From NCBI GenBank assembly GCA_964607485.1, contig CAZSKP010000059.1:1-23320 (forward strand): a stretch of DNA of 23,320 bases. The letters run 5' to 3'. Below the pieces are notes generated by a model. That model searched no databases and was not told where the DNA came from. It was given only the letters and a program-made list of their open reading frames with translations. The position numbers were made by a program, and so were the translations under genes. Below, in pieces: positions 8,757 through 15,458 of the stretch. The DNA is from an uncultured bacterium. Lineage in GTDB: Bacteria; Abyssobacteria; SURF-5. Numbering within the stretch: the first letter of the stretch is position 1; every line of letters starts with the position of its first letter.

Positions 8757-9497
8757 ATGTGCAGAAATCTGTCTGCGTTGATCATCTTGGCGATCTTCTT
8801 CATCGCATCTTCCACGCCGGCGGCCGCCGACACCGTAAAGCTGAAGAATGGGCAGGTTCACGAAGGCCTAATAACCGCCGAAGAAGAGGGCCGCGTTCAG
8901 CTGAAATTGGAGGGAAGCGGCGTGCGGATCTGGTTTAACGACGATCAGATACTGTCGATTGAAAAAACACAACCGCAAGAGTCTTCCTCGGAGAGCGAGA
9001 ACTCCGACGATTCGGCCTCGGACACCACCGGTCTCGACGATGATGCGACACGGGCAAGAGAATTGCTCAGGAAGATGCGAGAGCAGTCAAAAAACGAGGC
9101 GAGTGAGAAGAAAAATAAGACTAGCGTCAAACCGGTCGTCACTCAGCCGGAAGAGACCGTAGCCGCGCCCGCCGCCCCAAGTGAGACCGAGGTCGAGAAG
9201 CTGATCAACAAGATGAGAAGTGGAAGGACTATCTACGACCAATTAAACGCATGCAAGAAATTGGGCGCACTGAAAGCCGAAGAAGCTATTCCCCACCTGA
9301 TCCATATGCTGGATGACGAGAAATTCATGCTTCGCGAAGAGGCGAATAGATCGCTTATGAAGATAACGGGCATGAATTTCCGCTTCAATCCCAAGGCGAG
9401 TCGAAGCATCCGATTGGAAAGCATTAAGAAGTGGGAAGAATGGTACAAGGAGGAGAAGAAAAAAGCGGCCGACGCACAATTCAAATCGTTATGGTAA
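8757..9497 (+). CDS. Secreted protein with small N-terminal beta domain, low-complexity linker and HEAT-like repeats
   Basis: Signal peptide ending PAAA-D; DTVKLKNG..EGLI domain; S/E/D-rich linker; ACKKLGAL..EEAIPHLIHML.D....REEA..SL..ITG HEAT pattern. AAGGAG RBS. Confidence 0.75.
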   Translation: MCRNLSALIILAIFFIASSTPAAADTVKLKNGQVHEGLITAEEEGRVQLKLEGSGVRIWFNDDQILSIEKTQPQESSSESENSDDSASDTTGLDDDATRARELLRKMREQSKNEASEKKNKTSVKPVVTQPEETVAAPAAPSETEVEKLINKMRSGRTIYDQLNACKKLGALKAEEAIPHLIHMLDDEKFMLREEANRSLMKITGMNFRFNPKASRSIRLESIKKWEEWYKEEKKKAADAQFKSLW

Positions 9498-9677
9498 TCC
9501 TTCCGGCTGCCTTCTTCCGTGTCCCGCGCCTTTGGCTGCCGCCGAAAACGACAAACCAGTTTCGACGATTGCGCTATCGAAACCCCAAACGACCTTTCCC
9601 ACCGTCTTCGAGCGTAGAGAACACCGCACAAACCCGACCAGATTTACAGGAACCATTCCTGGAAGGAGGAAACAGAA

Positions 9678-10700
9678 GTGGATTGGAGCGACGACCTGTT
9701 CCGAGAAATCAAGGGCAGCGCGGCCGTCCTGCCGCCCGAGGGCGGAATACCTCCAGCCCTGAAACAGTTTGAGAAAGGCGGACGGCTCGAACAGCCGGTG
9801 TGGCGACGAAAGGACTACCTGACGGACACATGGTGTCACCTCAACCTTGCCCGAGCGTCGAGGCCGTTCACAGCACCTCAACTGACGAGGTCAGAGGAAA
9901 CGTTCTGCTTCTTCTGCCCCGGCAACGAACATTCGACGCCCCGCGATGTGGAAACGGGAGGCGACACAATTTGCATCGGCGAGAACGGCTGGAGAGTGCG
10001 GGCATTTCCCAATCTCTATCCCTGGTTGACCGGCCACGGCAACGTTGTCGAGAGCTCCGAGCATAAGGTCAGCCTGAAAGACATCGACGAGGAGGAGCAA
10101 GCCGCCGCGCTTTTCACATTCCGTCAGCTTTGTAAACGCCTCGAGACAGGCGGTCTGTATCCGATGGTGTTCAAGAACCAGGGCTGGGGCGCTTCCACGC
10201 CGCACACCCACTGGCAATATGGAGCTCTGCCCTATCTTCCAAAACGGCTTGCGCATGAGCTCGCAACCGCAAACGCCTTCGCGAATAAATGGAACATGAA
10301 CATCTTCGACGCCATAGCAGAGGCGGAAAAGCAGCGGGGCGAACGCTTCGTGTGCGACGACGAGCGCGTGACCTGCATCACGCCTTTCGCTCCTCGGAGT
10401 AACTATGAAGCGTGGCTGATCCTCAAGAAAGCGGCCCCATCGCTTGCGTCCGCGGATGACGCTCAAATAACGTCTCTGGCTGCCATGATGACACGCGTGC
10501 TCCGCATCCTTTATCAAGAGCTTCACCTCGACAGTCTGTGCGTTGTTTGTCACCAGATTCGGGGGGAGTACAATTACCGGCTTCACATGGAAGTGCTTCC
10601 GTACAAACATTGGGCGGGTGCGGAAAGGGGATTCGAGGAATACGCCGTCGAGGTGTTGCCCGAACAGGCGGCGGCGTTTTTGCGGGAACATCTTGCCTGA
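9678..10700 (+). CDS. GalT-like (HIT superfamily) sugar-phosphate nucleotidylyltransferase / nucleotide phosphorylase
   Basis: RASRP, CFFCPGNEHSTP, WRVRAFPNLYP, GASTPHTHWQ (HxHxQ active site), PFAPR..YE, AGAERG..V.PEQAAAFLR. GGAGG RBS before GTG. Confidence 0.85.
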   Translation: MDWSDDLFREIKGSAAVLPPEGGIPPALKQFEKGGRLEQPVWRRKDYLTDTWCHLNLARASRPFTAPQLTRSEETFCFFCPGNEHSTPRDVETGGDTICIGENGWRVRAFPNLYPWLTGHGNVVESSEHKVSLKDIDEEEQAAALFTFRQLCKRLETGGLYPMVFKNQGWGASTPHTHWQYGALPYLPKRLAHELATANAFANKWNMNIFDAIAEAEKQRGERFVCDDERVTCITPFAPRSNYEAWLILKKAAPSLASADDAQITSLAAMMTRVLRILYQELHLDSLCVVCHQIRGEYNYRLHMEVLPYKHWAGAERGFEEYAVEVLPEQAAAFLREHLA

Positions 10701-10718
10701 AACCGGAGCGATCTCCGC

Positions 10719-11777
10719 TCAGACATGGAACCGAAACTTTATCATGTCGCCGTCTAAAACTTCGTAGTCCTTCCCCTCCAGTCGAAGATGTCCGCCGTCC
10801 CGCGCCGCCTGCATCGAGCCGACCTGGATGAAATCCTTGAAATTGATGACTTCCGCCCGAATAAAACCGCGTTCCATGTCGGAATGCACCTTGCCGGCCG
10901 CATCAACGGCGCGAGTACCCCGCGGTACCGACCATGCGCGTATCTCAGTATCGGCGATGGTGAAGAACGAGACAAGGCTGAGCATCTCATAGACTTCGCC
11001 GAGGAGCCTGTCCCTCCCAGAACCATGCAACCCCATTTCCGCCAGGAAATCCGCCTGTTCATCGGGTTCAAGCTCTGATATCTCGAGCTCGATTTCGGCG
11101 CAATATCGCATCAGACGGTAGCCGTTCTTCTCCGCAAAGCTGGCGACCTCGGGGTCGGGCGGCGCGCCTATGGCGTCCTCCCCCACATTGAGCAACAACA
11201 GCGAAGGCTTTTGACTGAGAAAGCTGAAGCCGATGAGCGTCCTCGACTCCGTCTCGCTCAGCGTCAGCAGACGGAGCGGCTTCTCCCCGTCCAGAAATTC
11301 CTTGACGCGCAGCAGCGCCTCCTTCTCCATTCCGTCGGAATGTTCTTTTTCTATCTTCTGCAAGCGTTTCTCTATCTGTATCATATCGGTCAGGCTCAGC
11401 TCGGCCTCGATATTCTTGATGTCCCTCAGCGGTTCGACTGTGCCAAGCGGATGAACGACGGAGGGATTGGCGAACGTCCGAACGACGACGACCAGCGCGT
11501 CTGCGTTTCGAATTTCCGTGACTACCTGAGGCGTGAGGCCCGCTCCTTCCTGCTCCTGATGACCGCCGGCTATATCCACGAAATCCACGGCGGCGTTCAC
11601 AACTTTCGGAGGCTTGAACACCTCGGCCAGGCGTTCGAGCCGGGCATCGGGCACCTTTATGTTTCCCATCTGAATCGTCCGCCCGTGGGCCTCACCGGCG
11701 CCCCCGGGGGCGCCTGCCAGGCTTTTGAAAACCGTGGTTTTCCCCGATTGCACAAGCCCTATTATCGCCACCTTCAT
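10719..11777 (-). CDS. ychF: YchF/Obg-family ribosome-binding ATPase
   Basis: GLVQSGKTT, VPDARL, FVDIAG, FFT....RAW..GT.A..AAGKVHSDMERGFIRAEV, EGKDYEV.DGD..FRF. Confidence 0.95.
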   Translation of the reverse strand: MKVAIIGLVQSGKTTVFKSLAGAPGGAGEAHGRTIQMGNIKVPDARLERLAEVFKPPKVVNAAVDFVDIAGGHQEQEGAGLTPQVVTEIRNADALVVVVRTFANPSVVHPLGTVEPLRDIKNIEAELSLTDMIQIEKRLQKIEKEHSDGMEKEALLRVKEFLDGEKPLRLLTLSETESRTLIGFSFLSQKPSLLLLNVGEDAIGAPPDPEVASFAEKNGYRLMRYCAEIELEISELEPDEQADFLAEMGLHGSGRDRLLGEVYEMLSLVSFFTIADTEIRAWSVPRGTRAVDAAGKVHSDMERGFIRAEVINFKDFIQVGSMQAARDGGHLRLEGKDYEVLDGDMIKFRFHV

Positions 11778-11835
11778 CGGAAAGCCACCTCTTCTCGCCG
11801 GTATCGGCCCACAACATTCTTCCTTCTGTGGCGTT

Positions 11836-11864
11836 ATTATATTGCATTACAATTTCCGGTGCAA
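11836..11864 (-). promoter_or_regulatory. sigma70-type promoter for ychF
   Basis: TTGCAC (11864-11859), 17-nt spacer, TATAAT (11841-11836). Confidence 0.65.
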
Positions 11865-11894
11865 ACAAAACGCTGGTGAGCCGTCTCGCCGGCC

Positions 11895-11923
11895 TTGACA
11901 TATGCGCCGGCTGATAATATAAT
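11895..11923 (+). promoter_or_regulatory. Perfect-consensus sigma70 promoter
   Basis: TTGACA (11895-11900), 17-nt spacer, TATAAT (11918-11923). Confidence 0.85.
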
Positions 11924-11960
11924 TTTTGCACGGGATGAGTGTGAACCCGGGGGTCTCCGA

Positions 11961-12647
11961 ATGGAACACCATAGGAAGATAAAGGTCGTGACGGACAGGG
12001 GCACGTTCTATCTCGACATTGACGGCAGACCCGACGGCGCGAAGCCGATACTGCCCAAGTTCCTGCGAAAAAGGGAGCGCCTCTCTTCCGAGGGTTTCGG
12101 CAGCTTTATGCTGGATGACGCGGAAGTGCAGCGATTGAGCGAGGAGGCGTTCCTCTACAGGCTTCGGCGTGAATACTTCTTCAAAGTCGGCGACTTTGCG
12201 CGCTCAATTCGGGATGTCAACATCGGCATCCAGATAATCGAATTGATAACCCTGCACGCAAGCAATCCCGAACTCAGCGCCTTTTTCCTCCAGTTTCGGC
12301 CCGATCAGGAGATATTCAGACGAACCGCCGAAGCCAAGCTCGCCATAAAACAAAAAGATTACTCGCTTGCCCGCCAGCGACTCGAACTTGCAGCCGCTTT
12401 TCTCCGGGAGTTCGCCCGTGTCCACCACGACGCGTTTCCCGAGAGCTGGCTGGAAAAGCGACTGAACCAGCTCAAGAAAGTGTATGATGAAATCGGCGAG
12501 ATGTGGGAAAACGACCTTTCACCGCTCCGCAATTCGCCGCCCAGCCTCGAAGAACAGCTGAAAGCCGCAATCGCGGCCGAGGAATATGAGCGCGCCGCCG
12601 AGTTGCGCGACATAATCCACAGACGCAACGATACCAAGAATCCGTAA
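11961..12647 (+). CDS. Uncharacterised helical protein with C-terminal UvrB/UvrC (UVR) coiled-coil motif
   Basis: C-terminal LEEQLKAAIAAEEYERAAELRD; N-terminal DGRPDG motif. The ORF-track TTG at 11895 is the -35 box, so ATG 11961 is preferred. Confidence 0.75.
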   Translation: MEHHRKIKVVTDRGTFYLDIDGRPDGAKPILPKFLRKRERLSSEGFGSFMLDDAEVQRLSEEAFLYRLRREYFFKVGDFARSIRDVNIGIQIIELITLHASNPELSAFFLQFRPDQEIFRRTAEAKLAIKQKDYSLARQRLELAAAFLREFARVHHDAFPESWLEKRLNQLKKVYDEIGEMWENDLSPLRNSPPSLEEQLKAAIAAEEYERAAELRDIIHRRNDTKNP

Positions 12648-12664
12648 ACGATCCGTCCGATTGC

Positions 12665-12702
12665 AAAAAAAATCACGCGGGCTTTTTAGTTCCCGCGTGA
12701 TT
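12665..12702 (-). terminator. Intrinsic terminator between convergent genes
   Basis: 11-bp stem AATCACGCGGG/CCCGCGTGATT with a U-tract on the minus strand (A-run 12665-12672). Confidence 0.75.
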
Positions 12703-12789
12703 CGTCAATCCGCTCAGATTCCGGAATAAAAAAGTCCGGTGAGATGTCCTTGGCCGACGCCGTCTTTCGTCGCGGCCGGCCCGCGCTCC

Positions 12790-13245
12790 TCAGCGCCCCT
12801 TCTTCCTCCTCCTGAACACCTTGTCAAAATAGGCCTTTGAATCTATCAGGTGCAGGTCGATGTTTACGAAGTCGCGAACCTCCTCGCGAGATATGGGGGT
12901 TGCGTCCTTGTTCGGGACGGACGGCGCGATTCTCTTGCTCCTTGCCGCATTCGTCTTCTTCCGTTTTCCACGCTTCGGCTCCGACCCTATTTCCTCGCTT
13001 TCGACCAGCTCATCTATCTTAACCGCGACCATGTCCACGATGGTCTCGAGCAGGTGCTGTTTCTTCTCCTCCACAGAGCCTTCGGCGATGATGTCTTTAT
13101 CGAGCGGCATGACCGCCCCGTTGAAAAGCAGAACCATCTCATTGCAGCGAGGGCATGGACCCACGATAATCGACCCCGGCGGCGGAGCCATGATCTGCCC
13201 CGTTGCTTTGCAGAATGGACATTGGACTTCTATTACCGGAAACAT
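12790..13245 (-). CDS. Hypothetical Zn-ribbon protein
   Basis: MFPVIEVQCPFC..GPCPRC (two CxxC motifs); GGAGGA RBS before ATG 13245; basic linker and C-terminus. Confidence 0.75.
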   Translation of the reverse strand: MFPVIEVQCPFCKATGQIMAPPPGSIIVGPCPRCNEMVLLFNGAVMPLDKDIIAEGSVEEKKQHLLETIVDMVAVKIDELVESEEIGSEPKRGKRKKTNAARSKRIAPSVPNKDATPISREEVRDFVNIDLHLIDSKAYFDKVFRRRKKGR

Positions 13246-13340
13246 CCTCGCATCCTCCTCCTTGGGCGTCCGGGGCCTGCTTTGCCACCCCCGAAACGAT
13301 GCCGCCCAGGATGTCTCGTCTGTGCTATGGCAAAATAATA

Positions 13341-13356
13341 AGCAATTGTTGTGCCA
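13341..13356 (-). promoter_or_regulatory. sigma54 (-24/-12) promoter
   Basis: Minus strand TGGCAC-AACAA-TTGCT, about 95 nt upstream of ATG 13245, in a long intergenic region. Confidence 0.75.
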
Positions 13357-13699
13357 GCTTTTCCCACGAATGAACCTTTCATCCGATCCTTCCTTCAAAC
13401 GAACGTACCCAAGCCCTTAAGACACGCAGCATTTTGTTCCCTTCTCCTTGTAGAATCGGACAATATCGCCTTTCCCTCTCACTGAATTAGACGTTGATGG
13501 GACGGGCAATATTCGGACCATTTGCCGCAAGTAGGCAAAAATTGCACAATCCGAGACGGGGGCCAAACACATTATGCGCGGTTCCCCAAGGGCGCTGGTA
13601 AATACTACAATTGCTCGCGCGCTCACTTTGTGGAATGGACAAATTCCAGGAAGGAACACCTTGAGAAACAGGGGCAAAAAATGTCGCAGATGAACAATT

Positions 13700-14677
13700 T
13701 TAGGTTAGTAACGAGGGCTTGAGCTGAATCAGATGATGGCTGCCCGAGCGCACCTTGATGGAATCCTTGTCCTGCCTGGCGAGGTCGGCCGGAAGCTCAA
13801 ATATCCCGTTCACAGGCTTCGTCCCGGTCACTCGCTTGGCATTCCGCCTCAGCCGCTTGGCTCGGGTGATGTTCCGCGTACCGACGGGGTCGTAGTCGAG
13901 GCACAGTGAATTCTCCGGATCGCGAAGGAACTCAATCGCGAGGGATATCGAGAGGTCCCTGAGGTCCTTGATGTACCGTTGAGAAATCTTCCACCGCGAA
14001 TTCCGTTCGACAAAATCGCATGCCTGGCGCCATCGCTCGAAGTCGGTGAGGTTCAGCACCCTGACGTAGACTCTCTTCTTCGTTTTCAACGAGACAATCT
14101 TCCTCTTTACCGCATTCTCGAGCGACGCATCGTTTGCGTGATTCCGCCCCTCGACAACCCTCCTGGCGAGTTCCCAGTATGCGGAATCGATATGGCTGTC
14201 CGACCTGAACTCCCAGTACAAGTGCCCCAGTCGCTTCGTCGAAGAGGTGAGGTAAAGCTGGTTTGGGATGTAATAATTGTGCGCGACGATGTCTGCCGCC
14301 AGATGTGCGAGGTAGCCGTAACAGAAAGCCTTAGTGGAAGGGGTGTCCGCGCCGGCGAGCATCTTCAGCCCGACGGACCAGTTGTGACAGTGATCGTCCC
14401 TCCTTCGGTGGCCCTTGCCGATAAAAAAGTCGGCGCTGATGCATCCGTACAAGAAATCCCGCGGGAACGCCCTCAGCAACTGTGCTATCGACGGAAGGAG
14501 AAGGTGCAGATTGTCAAGGATGTACGCCCCCTTCACCACGTGAATCCCCGGCCCCCATGCATATGCTTCGCCTGAGGCCAGCGCCACCCACGAGGCGACG
14601 AGAACCACGAAATTCAATATCCCAAGCAGTCGCCTTACGACACTGCCCATTTGCTGTTTCCTGTACTCCATCTTCAT
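13700..14677 (-). CDS. Zn-dependent phospholipase C / P1-nuclease-fold family protein, probably exported
   Basis: Hydrophobic leader ending AYA-WGPGIH (N-terminal W..H metal ligands), G.ISAD, HCH, GYLAHLAADIVAHN, H.YWE. Start reassigned to ATG 14677, just after the usp stop; downstream ATGs are possible. Confidence 0.8.
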   Translation of the reverse strand: MKMEYRKQQMGSVVRRLLGILNFVVLVASWVALASGEAYAWGPGIHVVKGAYILDNLHLLLPSIAQLLRAFPRDFLYGCISADFFIGKGHRRRDDHCHNWSVGLKMLAGADTPSTKAFCYGYLAHLAADIVAHNYYIPNQLYLTSSTKRLGHLYWEFRSDSHIDSAYWELARRVVEGRNHANDASLENAVKRKIVSLKTKKRVYVRVLNLTDFERWRQACDFVERNSRWKISQRYIKDLRDLSISLAIEFLRDPENSLCLDYDPVGTRNITRAKRLRRNAKRVTGTKPVNGIFELPADLARQDKDSIKVRSGSHHLIQLKPSLLT

Positions 14678-14685
14678 GCGTGCTC

Positions 14686-15159
14686 CTACCCCATGGTCGG
14701 CAGTACGAACCTGTGACCCGGCTTTCGAACGGTAAAAACGGGACACGCGGCTTGCCTCACCACTCTTTCCGCCGTGCTTCCCATCAACATGCTTTCCAGC
14801 GCCGAACGTCCGTGCGTGCCCATGACTATCATGTCTATTTCTTTCTCGGCGGCGAACTTGATAATCTCCAGAAAGGGTTTCCCCTTGAGGCATACAATCT
14901 CGTAGTCGAGCTTGCCGAGAATGGCCGGTGTCGCGGCCGATTCAAGCTCTTGGCGGGCGTCCTGCATGACCTTGGCCTTGACTTCCTCCATGGATATCTT
15001 CAACGAAAGCACTTCCGGCATGCCGAGCGGCAGCTCAATCACGTGAAGGACATGCAGTTTCGCCTTGTAATCGGTGGCGAATGACACTGCGAAACTTGCC
15101 GCGTAACTTGAGAAATCGGAGAAGTCCGTCGGAAACAGAATATTCTTTAGCCTGACCAT
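14686..15159 (-). CDS. Universal stress protein (UspA family)
   Basis: KNILFPTDFS, LHVLHV, GKPFLEII..A, DMIVMGTHGRS..MGSTAERVVR.A.CPVFTV. Confidence 0.93.
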   Translation of the reverse strand: MVRLKNILFPTDFSDFSSYAASFAVSFATDYKAKLHVLHVIELPLGMPEVLSLKISMEEVKAKVMQDARQELESAATPAILGKLDYEIVCLKGKPFLEIIKFAAEKEIDMIVMGTHGRSALESMLMGSTAERVVRQAACPVFTVRKPGHRFVLPTMG

Positions 15160-15203
15160 GCCGGGGTCCTCAAATCGCCACACGAGCAGAATATAACCTT
15201 TTT

Positions 15204-15232
15204 ATTATATCATAAATGAGCCATCCCTTCAA
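15204..15232 (-). promoter_or_regulatory. sigma70-type promoter for the usp-PLC pair
   Basis: TTGAAG (15232-15227), 17-nt spacer, TATAAT (15209-15204), with extended -10 TGn. Confidence 0.65.
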
Positions 15233-15316
15233 AGTCCGATTTGTGATTCATAGCCTTCTGCAATTGTATGCAAGCAGTGTGCCCCCGCATCTCTTTGCAT
15301 CCGTCCCGCATAAGAA

Positions 15317-15355
15317 TCCCCCCTTTCCCCCTCTTGTGAAGAGGGAAAGGGGGGA
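15317..15355. repeat. Strong polypyrimidine/polypurine inverted repeat (REP-like element or terminator)
   Basis: TCCCCCCTTTCCC-CC-TCTT-GTG-AAGA-GGGAAAGGGGGGA: 13-bp plus 4-bp stem downstream of the S8 gene. Confidence 0.6.
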
Positions 15356-15458
15356 ATACTCCCTTCCCAAAGGACCAGGGAACAGACGCCTTCTTTTGTA
15401 CTAGGCAAGCTCGTGCGGAAGCGAGCGCTGGGCACCTCCCGGCTCGCTCCCTCCTTCA

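Noticed and set aside
9431..9772. Short ORFs between the HEAT gene and the GalT-like gene
   Set aside because: They overlap flanking genes and show no motifs; the GalT-like gene has its own GGAGG RBS.
13246..13398. Upstream extension of the Zn-ribbon ORF
   Set aside because: Spans the sigma54 promoter; a strong RBS precedes ATG 13245.
14678..14893. N-terminal extension of the PLC-family ORF
   Set aside because: Lies inside the usp gene in another frame.
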